Below, one piece after another: positions 19,111-28,116 of a DNA stretch of 64,000 nt. Each line of letters starts with the position of its first letter. The first letter of the stretch is position 1. Position numbers and translations under genes: made by a program. The stretch covers positions 3,392,001-3,456,000 of the forward strand of contig OZ255721.1 in assembly GCA_965277285.1 (NCBI GenBank), in the 5' to 3' direction. The DNA is from Abditibacteriaceae bacterium (lineage in GTDB: Bacteria; Armatimonadota; Abditibacteriia; Abditibacteriales; Abditibacteriaceae). The notes below the pieces were generated by a model, which was given only the letters and a program-made list of their open reading frames with translations, made no database searches and was not told where the DNA came from.

Positions 19111-21051
19111 ATGTGTGGAATTGTCGGTTATATCGGTGGAAAATCAGCGGTTGCGATTTTGGAAAATGGACTCGAGCGCCTGGAGTATCGCGGCTACGAT
19201 TCGGCGGGCGTCGCCGTGATGAACGGCAGCGGCGTCAAGTTGCGGCGCGCTGTGGGCAAACTGGAAGTCTTGAAAAAGTCGCTGCACGACGCGCCGATTG
19301 AAGGTCATGTCGGCATTGCGCACACGCGCTGGGCGACGCACGGCGTTCCCAACGAAACCAATTCGCACCCGCACCGCGACATGACGGACACGATTTTCGT
19401 GTGTCACAACGGCATCATCGAAAACTACGGCGAACTGCGCCAGGAACTGCAAGACAAAGGCATCACTTTTCGCACGCAAACCGATACCGAAGTGTTGCCC
19501 AACCTCATCAAATTGGCGTATGACGCGCTGGCCGATGACATCGAGTACTCGAACGGCGACAAGCCGAACGGCAGTCCACACAGCGATGCGCGCCTGGCCG
19601 AAGCGGTTCGTCGGGCGTGCGCGCGCGTTCGCGGAACGTATGCTCTGGCGGTTTTGCATCAGGATTTGCCGGAAACCTTGATCGGCGTGCGCTGGAAATC
19701 GCCTTTAGTTGTCGGCTTGGGCGAGCACGAGAACATTTTGGCGTCCGATATTCCGGCGATTTTACAGATCACGCGGCGCGTCATTTTGCTGGACGACGGC
19801 GAAATGGCGATTCTGCATCAGGACAACGTCGAAGTCTTCGACATGGACGACGGCAAAGCGCGCCACAAAGCCGCCGCCTTGATCGACTGGGACGAAGCGC
19901 AGGCCGAAAAAGGCGATTTCCCCAACTTCATGTTGAAGGAAATCCACGAGCAACCGGACGTTATCAATCGTTTGTTGTCGCGCTACACCAATCCCGAACG
20001 CACGAACGTCAAACTGGACGGCATCAACATTTCCGATGACGTTCTGCGCGGCGTGCGTCGCATTTTCATCCAGGCCTGCGGAACCAGTTGGCACGCCGGA
20101 CTGATCGGCAAATATCTGCTCGAACGCTTGCCGATGATCGCGGTCGATATTGATACGAGCAGCGAGTTTCGCTATCGTAGCGCGATTTTGGCGCCCGATA
20201 CTTTGGTCATTGCGATTTCGCAAAGCGGCGAAACCGAAGACACCAAAGCCGGTATCGAAGAAGCCAAAAGTCGCGGTCTTCGCGTTCTTTCCATTGTCAA
20301 TGCGCCCGGCAGCGCGATTACGCGCATGAGCGACGGCGTGATTTACACCAACGCTGGCCCGGAAATCAGCGTCGCCTCGACCAAAGCTTATACCGCGCAA
20401 ATCTGCGCCTTGTATTTGTTGAGCCTTTATCTGGGCGATTTGCACGGCTTAATCGACGGCGAAAGGATGAAGCGCCGCCTGGCCAAACTGGGCGAAACCG
20501 CCAACTTGATGCAGCAAATGCTCGAACCCGATTCCGCTTTGCAAACCGGTGTTCGCCGCGCCGCCGACGTGATTCGCTACTCGGAACACGCTTTGTTTAT
20601 CGGTCGCGGTTTCGGTTATCCCAGCGCGCTCGAAGGCGCTTTGAAATTGAAGGAAATTTCCTACATTCACGCCGAAGGTTATCCCGCTGGCGAATTGAAG
20701 CACGGGCCTTTGGCGCTAATTGATCAAAAGCGCGGCACGCCGATTGTGGCGATTGCAACCAGTGGCGTCGTCTATGAAAAGATGATCTCGAACATGAACG
20801 AGGTCAAGGCGCGCGGCGGACGCGTCGTCGCGGTTGTCGGCGCCAACAATCCCGATTTGAAGTGTGGCCAATTGTGGCACAACGACGATGTTTTGGCCGA
20901 TTGCGCGATTCCCGTCCCCGAACTGACCGAAAGTTTCGCGCCCTTTATGCAGGCTCTGGCGCTGCAACTTTTGGCGTATCACATCGCCATTTTGCGCGGC
21001 GAAGATGTCGATAAACCGCGCAACTTGGCCAAAAGCGTCACGGTGGAATAA
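19111..21051 (+). CDS. glmS: Glutamine--fructose-6-phosphate aminotransferase (isomerizing)
   Basis: MCGIVG, LEYRGYDSAG, HTRWATHG, ISQSGET, ELKHGP, PRNLAKSVTVE. Confidence 0.98.
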   Translation: MCGIVGYIGGKSAVAILENGLERLEYRGYDSAGVAVMNGSGVKLRRAVGKLEVLKKSLHDAPIEGHVGIAHTRWATHGVPNETNSHPHRDMTDTIFVCHNGIIENYGELRQELQDKGITFRTQTDTEVLPNLIKLAYDALADDIEYSNGDKPNGSPHSDARLAEAVRRACARVRGTYALAVLHQDLPETLIGVRWKSPLVVGLGEHENILASDIPAILQITRRVILLDDGEMAILHQDNVEVFDMDDGKARHKAAALIDWDEAQAEKGDFPNFMLKEIHEQPDVINRLLSRYTNPERTNVKLDGINISDDVLRGVRRIFIQACGTSWHAGLIGKYLLERLPMIAVDIDTSSEFRYRSAILAPDTLVIAISQSGETEDTKAGIEEAKSRGLRVLSIVNAPGSAITRMSDGVIYTNAGPEISVASTKAYTAQICALYLLSLYLGDLHGLIDGERMKRRLAKLGETANLMQQMLEPDSALQTGVRRAADVIRYSEHALFIGRGFGYPSALEGALKLKEISYIHAEGYPAGELKHGPLALIDQKRGTPIVAIATSGVVYEKMISNMNEVKARGGRVVAVVGANNPDLKCGQLWHNDDVLADCAIPVPELTESFAPFMQALALQLLAYHIAILRGEDVDKPRNLAKSVTVE

Positions 21052-21078
21052 GCAATCGAGTACTCGAAAGCGAGAAAT

Positions 21079-21151
21079 AACGAACCCGAAGCGTGAGCGA
21101 GGGAGCTAATTGACAGTTATCTGTCTCCCTCGCTTACGCTTCGGGTTCGTT
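21079..21151. repeat. Long-hairpin REP-like element, family A
   Basis: AACGAACCCGAAGCGTGAGCGAGGGAG / CTCCCTCGCTTACGCTTCGGGTTCGTT. Confidence 0.85.
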
Positions 21152-21203
21152 TGTGTTTGGCGTCAATTAAAAATCAGGTAGCCCGAGTTGCGATCTTGCA
21201 GCA

Positions 21204-21337
21204 CCAGCGACTGAAGTCGCGGCTGAGCCGCCTTTGACGGAAGCGTCGGCCTGCGCCGACGCGAAGTCTCAAGTATTTTTCGTCGGCGCAGGCCGATGAC
21301 ACGGCGCACGCCGCCCAGCCGCGAGTTCACTCGCTGG
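21204..21337. repeat. Nested inverted-repeat element
   Basis: Outer arms CCAGCGACTGAAGTCGCGGCTG / CAGCCGCGAGTTCACTCGCTGG; inner arms TCGGCCTGCGCCGACG / CGTCGGCGCAGGCCGA. Confidence 0.7.
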
Positions 21338-21424
21338 CAAAACTATCGCGGGAACAAAACCCGAATCCTCGCGGTCGAACCCCAGCCGCCGATAATCGCG
21401 CGGCGAAAAACCAAAGGCTTTTCT

Positions 21425-23935
21425 ATGAACACGTTCCGTCGCGCATTGGGCATTTCGTCGCTTTGCGCTCTGTCTTTCGCCCAATCGAGTACTCGATTAG
21501 CGGCGCAGACACTCGCCGCACCAATAACAAGTTCTTCGACAGCAGTCGCACCAATTGCCGCGCCGCCAACTGCGGCGCCAACACCAACTGCGACGCCAAC
21601 GTCCGTCGAGAAATTTGTCCCGAATGCGACTTCTGTCGCTGTGAAAAGCGGCGCGATTTCCTTCGATGACGCGTTCGCGCAAGGCAAAGCGCGCAACCCC
21701 GACGGCTTGATATTCACCGTCAGCCTAGGCGACAAAACACAGTTCCACATGGGCGAACTGATTCCCATCGAACTGCGCTTTTCGAGTACTCGACCCAAGG
21801 CTTACAAGACGGAAATGCGCAACTACGACCGTAGTGGTCGCTTGAACGGCATGGACGATTTCGTGGTTTCGCCGTCCGAGGGCGTTGTCGATCCGTTGGG
21901 TTCTGTCGATTTCTGGGGCATGTTTGGCGGCATTTCCGCGATGCCGCCGATCTTGAGCCTCAAGCCCGCTGTCGTTCCGCTCACGCTGACGGAATATCTT
22001 CGCTTCGACAAGCCTGGCAAATATCGGTTGTTCGTCACCAGCAATCGCGTGTTTTCCGCCAGCCAAACCGATGCGTCGATGTTCGGGTCGCCGACGGCTG
22101 TTTCCGACATCGTCGAGTTCGAGATTTTGCCCTTCGATGCCGCTTGGTCGTCGCAAAAACTGAAAGACATCGTGGCGCGATTGGGTTCGACAAATGGCGC
22201 ACTGCGCCAACAGGCCGGAGAAGAATTGTGCTATCTCGATACGCCAGAAGCGATCCGCGAAATCGTGGCGCGTTTTGGCGAAGGCGCAGACGAAAATTGG
22301 TACAGCTTTCATTATGGCTTGATCGGTTCGCGGCACCGTGAATTGGTGATTGAGGAAATGCAGCGCCAGATTGATTCACCTTCGGGCGCCGTATCGAGCG
22401 CCTTTTTGCGCGACCTGACGACTTTGATGTTCGAGCAAACGCATCCCGCGCCGCTGCCGCTTTATGTGCAGGGCGACAAAGCCAAAGTCCTCGAGTACTC
22501 GAATGCGCGGAATCGGAGTGATGCCACGCTCAAACAAATCAGCGACGCCAACTGGAAGCGACTACAACGTGCCATTGCGCAGAAAAGCGGCCAGGCGCGC
22601 GCTTTGAGCTTGAACGCCTTGCTCGAAACTCCTGCGCCGGATGCGCAAAGTTCAACAACTCTGGCGCGCCAGGTTTTAGCGACGTTTCTCGACTTGCCAC
22701 CCGAAAAGCAGCAACAGATTCTGCAATCGAACTGGAGCGCGATTCGTCAGCCCGCCGCGCTGCCGGTTTTGCGCACGCTTCTGGCGCGCACCACGCCCGC
22801 TTTCCGCGACGATTATACGAATCGCCAATGGTTCGGCTTGCTTTTGACGCGCTTGATGCAATTGTCGCCCGAGGAAGGCCGCCGCGCCATCATTAAGGAG
22901 ATCGAGTACTCGAATCCGCGCGCCAAAATCGCAGTTTTGGGCACTTTGCCGGACGCGACGTTGCCCACGCTCGATGACGTTTTGATCCAGCGTTTGGAAC
23001 AAAGCCGCGATTTCACCGACGGCGAGATTCACGCGCAACTGATCGAACGTTACGCGTCGCCGCGCATTGCGCCACGCGTCAAAGCGTTTTTTGAGAAATT
23101 GCCCAACGGCAACTGGCCTTATGCCGCGGGTTATGCGCTGCTGGCTTACCTTCTGCGCGCCGATCCGCCTTACGGTTTGGCGGCCATCAAGAAAATGTAC
23201 GCGCATCCCGAAAACGGCAACGCCTACGAAGTTTTGACGGGCGTCGCTTCGCTGCACACCGATGCAGCCTTCGAGCAGTTCATCGTTGCGCAACTGCAAA
23301 ACCCCGACGCAAACGTCGTGCGCGATGCGGCCACAGCGTTGGGACAAAGCGGTTCCGCATCGACGGAAGACGTTCTATGGACGCGCTTGCGTCAATTCCA
23401 ACGCGGCGTGGCCGCACAGAGCGTGGCCGCACAGAGCGTGGCCGCACAGAGCGTGGCCGCACAGAGCGTGGCCGCACAGAGCGTGGCCGCACAGAGCGTG
23501 GCCGCACAGAGCGTGGCGGGTGGGCGCATGACGGAAGCGCAAAAATCGGTCGAAGAATCGTTGTGGAAAGCGCTGGCGGCAATGCCCGGCCCGACTTTGC
23601 GCCGCGACAAAATGCAAAAGTTGTATGATTTAGTCACCGACAAATGGGCGCGCCAGCAAATCGAAGAAATCCTCAAATACAACAGTTGGGCAGCGCCGAC
23701 CATCGGTTACAGCGCGCTGGGATTCGATGCGATGTATCATTTGGGACAGAATCCGCGTCCCCTTTTCGCTTCGTTCGAGGCATTAACGCGCAAGCTGTCG
23801 CAGTTCCCGCGTGGCACCACATTCGCCTTTGAAGACGATCCCGTCTCGTCGCCGCAAGACAACGCCAACGTGCGCGACCATTTAGAAGAATGGCTGCAAA
23901 CTCGCGGCATGAACCTCACATCGAAACCATCGTAA
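21425..23935 (+). CDS. Large secreted hypothetical protein with HEAT-like helical repeats
   Basis: Signal-like N-terminus from MNTFRR; DANVVRDAATALG HEAT-like segment. Confidence 0.7.
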   Translation: MNTFRRALGISSLCALSFAQSSTRLAAQTLAAPITSSSTAVAPIAAPPTAAPTPTATPTSVEKFVPNATSVAVKSGAISFDDAFAQGKARNPDGLIFTVSLGDKTQFHMGELIPIELRFSSTRPKAYKTEMRNYDRSGRLNGMDDFVVSPSEGVVDPLGSVDFWGMFGGISAMPPILSLKPAVVPLTLTEYLRFDKPGKYRLFVTSNRVFSASQTDASMFGSPTAVSDIVEFEILPFDAAWSSQKLKDIVARLGSTNGALRQQAGEELCYLDTPEAIREIVARFGEGADENWYSFHYGLIGSRHRELVIEEMQRQIDSPSGAVSSAFLRDLTTLMFEQTHPAPLPLYVQGDKAKVLEYSNARNRSDATLKQISDANWKRLQRAIAQKSGQARALSLNALLETPAPDAQSSTTLARQVLATFLDLPPEKQQQILQSNWSAIRQPAALPVLRTLLARTTPAFRDDYTNRQWFGLLLTRLMQLSPEEGRRAIIKEIEYSNPRAKIAVLGTLPDATLPTLDDVLIQRLEQSRDFTDGEIHAQLIERYASPRIAPRVKAFFEKLPNGNWPYAAGYALLAYLLRADPPYGLAAIKKMYAHPENGNAYEVLTGVASLHTDAAFEQFIVAQLQNPDANVVRDAATALGQSGSASTEDVLWTRLRQFQRGVAAQSVAAQSVAAQSVAAQSVAAQSVAAQSVAAQSVAGGRMTEAQKSVEESLWKALAAMPGPTLRRDKMQKLYDLVTDKWARQQIEEILKYNSWAAPTIGYSALGFDAMYHLGQNPRPLFASFEALTRKLSQFPRGTTFAFEDDPVSSPQDNANVRDHLEEWLQTRGMNLTSKPS
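23406..23517 (+). repeat. In-frame 15-bp tandem repeat (GCGTGGCCGCACAGA) x7.5 encoding VAAQS
   Basis: Perfect units read directly. Confidence 0.95.
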
Positions 23936-23945
23936 ACGACTCAAC

Positions 23946-24204
23946 GTAGGGGCTTGGCACGCCAAGCTCCTACGTCGGCGAGCAACCGACAGGGTTTGGC
24001 ACGCCAAACCCCTACAAAGGACAATCGAGTACTCGATTGCCTATAACAGTGCGCGAACCCTTGAAGTTCGCGCGCTGTTATAGCGCGTAACGATATGCGC
24101 GCTACACTGTGGCCGCAAATCGAACAGGGCAACCACAAGGGTTGCCCCTACATCGGCGCAATCGTAGGGGCAACCCTTGTGGTTGCCCTGACTTGTGGTT
24201 GCCC
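23946..24204. repeat. Cluster of GTAG-type REP hairpins
   Basis: GTAGGGGCTTGGCACGCCAAGC.. at 23946 with inverted mate ending 24015; hairpin 24041-24083; CAGGGCAACCACAAGGGTTGCCCCTAC / GTAGGGGCAACCCTTGTGGTTGCCCTG at 24125-24190. Confidence 0.8.
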
Positions 24205-24254
24205 CGAGTAGAACGTGTAGCCCATCCCTTGTTACGCGCTATACATTTTATCCC

Positions 24255-24306
24255 TTGACAACTGTATCACTCTACATCAAACTGTATGAAGTGAACTGAT
24301 ACAGTT
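24255..24306 (+). promoter_or_regulatory. Putative promoter (-35 TTGACA) with an overlapping YtrA-type operator
   Basis: TTGACA at 24255; AACTGTATCA...TGATACAGTT inverted repeat and TGTAT-N11-ATACA dyad upstream of the GntR gene. Confidence 0.55.
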
Positions 24307-24319
24307 GTGGAGGCGTAAG

Positions 24320-24877
24320 GTGATCGAGTTTCGCATAGCGACAGGGAGCAGCGCGCCGATATATCGCCAGATTGTGGATGCTGTGCGGCGCGGCGTGGCT
24401 TCGGGCGCGTTGCAGGCGGGCGAGCAGTTGCCCAGCGTGCGGGTTTTGGCGGAGCAGTTGGTGGTGAACCCAAACACGGTGGCGCGCGCTTACACCGATC
24501 TGACGCGCGATGGCGTGCTGGATTCGCAGGCTGGAAAAGGCTTGTTTGTGGCGCCGCGACGTGTGGTGTTTTCGAGTGAAGAGCGCGCGCGACGCTTGGA
24601 TGCCGCTCTGGAAACCTTTGTCCACGAGGTTTTGCTGCTGGGTTTCGACCGGAAAGAATTGCTCGAGCGGCTCAAGCGCAAATTGCAGGAGATTGAAAAC
24701 GGCGACGTGAATTCGGCAAAGATCGAGTACTCGAATCAGCGAAACGTGGAAGCGCGAAATGCGGAAGCGCCAAGCGTGGAAGCGCCAAGCGTGGAAGCGC
24801 CGATTACGAAAGCGCAAAGGCCGCAATTAAAGGCGAGGAAAGAAAAGCTGGACGGCGAGGGAGAAAGCGATGAATGA
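24320..24877 (+). CDS. GntR-family (YtrA subfamily) transcriptional regulator
   Basis: PIYRQI, GEQLPSVRVLA..LVVNPNTVARAY..L...G; GGAGG before the GTG start; precedes an ABC ATPase. Confidence 0.92.
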   Translation: MIEFRIATGSSAPIYRQIVDAVRRGVASGALQAGEQLPSVRVLAEQLVVNPNTVARAYTDLTRDGVLDSQAGKGLFVAPRRVVFSSEERARRLDAALETFVHEVLLLGFDRKELLERLKRKLQEIENGDVNSAKIEYSNQRNVEARNAEAPSVEAPSVEAPITKAQRPQLKARKEKLDGEGESDE

Positions 24878-25880
24878 ATCGGCGAAACGAGTGATAAAGG
24901 AATCGGCGCGCGAGAACGTGAACGAAATGACGATGGAAGTTGCCAGCGAGAATGTCATCGAGACGCGCAACTTGACGTGTTATTTTGGGTCGAAGAAAGT
25001 GGTGGACAGCGTGAGTTTCGCAATTCCTCGCGGCTCGATTTTCGGGTTTCTGGGGCGCAACGGCGCGGGCAAAAGCACCACGATTCGCACGATTTTGGGA
25101 CTGAACGAGCCAACGCGCGGAGAAGCGTTTGTGCTGGGCGAATCGAGTACTCGATTGTCGCCGCAAACGCGGGCGCGCATTGGTTATCTGGCCGAAGGTC
25201 ATCACGTTTATGGCTGGATGACGGTGCGCGAATGCGAGAAGTGGCAACGCGCGTTTTACACGCATTGGAATGAAGACGTTTATCGCGGCGTGATTGGGCA
25301 TTTCGGATTGGACGAGAAGACGCAGGCGAAAAACTTGTCGCGCGGCGAACGCGCCGGTTTGTGCCTGGCGTTGACGCTGGCGCCCGAACCGGAACTCCTC
25401 ATTTTGGACGATCCGGCTCTGGGACTTGATCCCGTCGCGCGGCGGAGTTTGTTGCAATCGATGATTTATGTGGCGCGGCGGCAGGACAGGACGATTTTGT
25501 TTTCGTCGCATTTGTTGAGTGATGTTGAGCGCGTAGCGGACAGAATTGCGGTTTTGCACGATGGCGTGCTCAAAGCGAACTGCACCATGGAAACGTTTCG
25601 GGAGCGAGTGCGACAAATCGCGCTGCACTTCGATCATCAACCGCCAACTTTGCCGCCTTTGTCGGGATTGTTGCAAAGTTTCCGCACCGACCGCAGCGTT
25701 CTGCTGACTTTTGCGAACTTGGACGAACCGACCGAAGCGCAGTTGGCGACGTTGGGTGCCAGCCGCATCGAAGAAGTGCCGATGAGTTTGGAAGACGCTT
25801 TCGTGTCGTATTTGAGCGAGCGCGGCGAGAAAAGTTTCTTTTTGGACGACGTGAAAACTGGCGAAGAGGTGGCGGCATGA
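24870..25880 (+). CDS. ABC transporter ATPase (YtrB-like)
   Basis: GRNGAGKST, LSRGE, LILDDP, SSHLLSDVE. Confidence 0.92.
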   Translation: MNESAKRVIKESARENVNEMTMEVASENVIETRNLTCYFGSKKVVDSVSFAIPRGSIFGFLGRNGAGKSTTIRTILGLNEPTRGEAFVLGESSTRLSPQTRARIGYLAEGHHVYGWMTVRECEKWQRAFYTHWNEDVYRGVIGHFGLDEKTQAKNLSRGERAGLCLALTLAPEPELLILDDPALGLDPVARRSLLQSMIYVARRQDRTILFSSHLLSDVERVADRIAVLHDGVLKANCTMETFRERVRQIALHFDHQPPTLPPLSGLLQSFRTDRSVLLTFANLDEPTEAQLATLGASRIEEVPMSLEDAFVSYLSERGEKSFFLDDVKTGEEVAA

Positions 25881-27976
25881 CGCAATCGAGTACTCGAATG
25901 AGCAGCGTGAAAGCGATGGTGTGGAAAGAATGGCGCGAGCGATTTTTGTGGACGTTCGCCGCGATGTTGGTATCGGCCTTGTTAATCGGCGTGATGTTTT
26001 ACGGCAACGTGTCAGACGATTCGCGCCGTGACCGCGATTTTCGTGGAATGTGGGAGTTCTCGCAAAGCGTTGTGGCAGGCGCGACGATGCTGCTGGCGTT
26101 TTGCCTGGGTTGGGCGCAGATGACGGGCGAAGGTAAGCGCGACGCGTGGGCGTTTTTGGTGCATCGTCCCATCACGCGCCGCTTTTTGTTCTGGTGCAAA
26201 GCCGCGGCGAGACTGAGTTTGTGCATGCTGGCAATTTTCGTTGTCTTTGGCGGTTTCGCTGTTGCAATGCGCTTTGTAAAGACGCCAATGCCGTGGAGCT
26301 GGCGCGTATTCAGTTTTTGTTTCGTATTATGGATGTGTTGCGCCACGACTTATTTCACGGGTGCGCTGCTGGCTTTGCGCGTGCGCCCGTTGATCGGCAG
26401 CCGCTTGTTGCCGCTGTTTGGCGCGCTCTTTTTCGTCTCGGTGTTGGCTTCGTGGCAGGAGATCCAAACGATGTTGTGGCCAGTGATGGCCGCTTTGTCA
26501 TTGATTATTGCGGTTTTGGCGCTGGCGTCGCAGGGCTGTTTTGAAAGTGAAGGGTTTGAGCGTCGCAGCCGCGCCACGAAAGCAGCGATGTTTGGTGTTT
26601 TAGCGAGCGGACTTGGCCTTTTGTTCTTTTGTGTAATGACATCGGTCGGCGCGTCTGAAGGGAGTTTGCAACGGAAAAACGCGCCATTTGATTCAAGCGA
26701 CGCTTCATATTATTGCGTTGCACATGATGGACGCATTTTGCACTTTGAATCGCAAAAGGGCGCAATCAGTTTGAGCGAACTTGATGGCCATGTCGTCGCG
26801 CGCGGACGGCAACTGCGCGAGAAAAGACGACAACTTCAACTACAGGGATTTACGCTTTTGAATTCCACTGAATTTCAAACGTCGCCTTTTCCGGGAAGTT
26901 ACGAGTACAATTTTCAACAGCTCGGCGCATCTTCTTCCAAAAATAAAGGGACGCTGACGTGGTGGTTCGACCGCGCGCAGGGGCGCATTGTCGGCTACGA
27001 TTCCCAAACGGGAAACCTTCGCGGTTACATCGGCAGCAACGGTTTTTCGCAAAGCGCCGAGGGCGCAACGTCGTTCGAGGAACAGCCGCGCTTCGTCCGA
27101 AACGAAGACAATAATGACATAGATTCCAACTGGCTGGTTTTTCCTCATGCCATTTATCGTTGCAACATCGGTGATGGAAGCGTCGAACTGCTGCTGCGCT
27201 CGCGTGAAAAAATCGAATATTTAGCGGATAATCAATTTCTGCGTATAGGCGATGCGGTTCGTTTTACCGCGTCGGTTATCATCACGAAAAACACGCTCAC
27301 AATTCTGAAAAGTCCGCTATCGAGTACTCGAACGGCAACTGTTATCGCCATACCGGATTTGCCAAATCGGATCATAACAGCCGCACAATTTTCCGACGGG
27401 CGACTTTGGCTGGCTTTCCAGTCGGCCAGCAATTCCGCCGCGCCAATGAGGGTTTTGGCATTGTCGCCACAAGACCAAATCCTGAAAACGGAAACCTTGC
27501 CGGCTTTGCCCATGCTTCGAGAAGATCCGCTGCCGATTACAACACGCCTTGCCACAGCGTTTTTGCCCGTCGTTGTATCACGCTGGAATGTGTCGGAAGT
27601 GCAAAACTCCCTACTTTTAAGCGGCTTGCCTGTTGGCGCAAATGAAGTTCGACAAGGCATTTGGCTATCTGCTTTGTTTTCTGTGTTGTTCGCCTTCTTC
27701 GCCTGGCGACGTGCCAATCGTTACGCGTTCAAATCGAGTACTCGATTGGGATGGACAATCGGGGTTTTCGCGCTGGGGCCGCTGGGCTATTTGCTGATGC
27801 GTTCGCTGCTCAATTGGCCTTCGCTGGAGAAATGTCCTTCATGCGGCAAACTGCGCGTCGTCGACCACGAACGTTGCGGACATTGCGCTTCACCGTTTGC
27901 GGCGCCCGTTCCTGATGGCACCGAAATTATCGAAAACGACGCGCCCGAAATACCCGCTTTGCGCTTGGCATCGTGA
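25877..27976 (+). CDS. ABC-2-type permease-like membrane protein with a large extracytoplasmic domain and C-terminal Zn ribbon
   Basis: MVWKEWRE, multiple TM helices, CPSC...CGHC; overlaps the ATPase stop (ATGA). Confidence 0.75.
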   Translation: MTQSSTRMSSVKAMVWKEWRERFLWTFAAMLVSALLIGVMFYGNVSDDSRRDRDFRGMWEFSQSVVAGATMLLAFCLGWAQMTGEGKRDAWAFLVHRPITRRFLFWCKAAARLSLCMLAIFVVFGGFAVAMRFVKTPMPWSWRVFSFCFVLWMCCATTYFTGALLALRVRPLIGSRLLPLFGALFFVSVLASWQEIQTMLWPVMAALSLIIAVLALASQGCFESEGFERRSRATKAAMFGVLASGLGLLFFCVMTSVGASEGSLQRKNAPFDSSDASYYCVAHDGRILHFESQKGAISLSELDGHVVARGRQLREKRRQLQLQGFTLLNSTEFQTSPFPGSYEYNFQQLGASSSKNKGTLTWWFDRAQGRIVGYDSQTGNLRGYIGSNGFSQSAEGATSFEEQPRFVRNEDNNDIDSNWLVFPHAIYRCNIGDGSVELLLRSREKIEYLADNQFLRIGDAVRFTASVIITKNTLTILKSPLSSTRTATVIAIPDLPNRIITAAQFSDGRLWLAFQSASNSAAPMRVLALSPQDQILKTETLPALPMLREDPLPITTRLATAFLPVVVSRWNVSEVQNSLLLSGLPVGANEVRQGIWLSALFSVLFAFFAWRRANRYAFKSSTRLGWTIGVFALGPLGYLLMRSLLNWPSLEKCPSCGKLRVVDHERCGHCASPFAAPVPDGTEIIENDAPEIPALRLAS

Positions 27977-28001
27977 AAAGGCGAAATTGCGGGTGGCTTT
28001 T

Positions 28002-28074
28002 AGCGAACCCGAAGCGTCAGCGAGGGAGATTCTTTTACCTGACAAATCTCCCTTGCTGACGCTTCGGGTTCGCT
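28002..28074. repeat. Long-hairpin REP-like element, family A
   Basis: AGCGAACCCGAAGCGTCAGCGAGGGAGATT / AATCTCCCTTGCTGACGCTTCGGGTTCGCT. Confidence 0.85.
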
Positions 28075-28116
28075 GTCGTATGGGAGCAGTCATATAGAAA
28101 CCTTTTAGCCCGTGCT

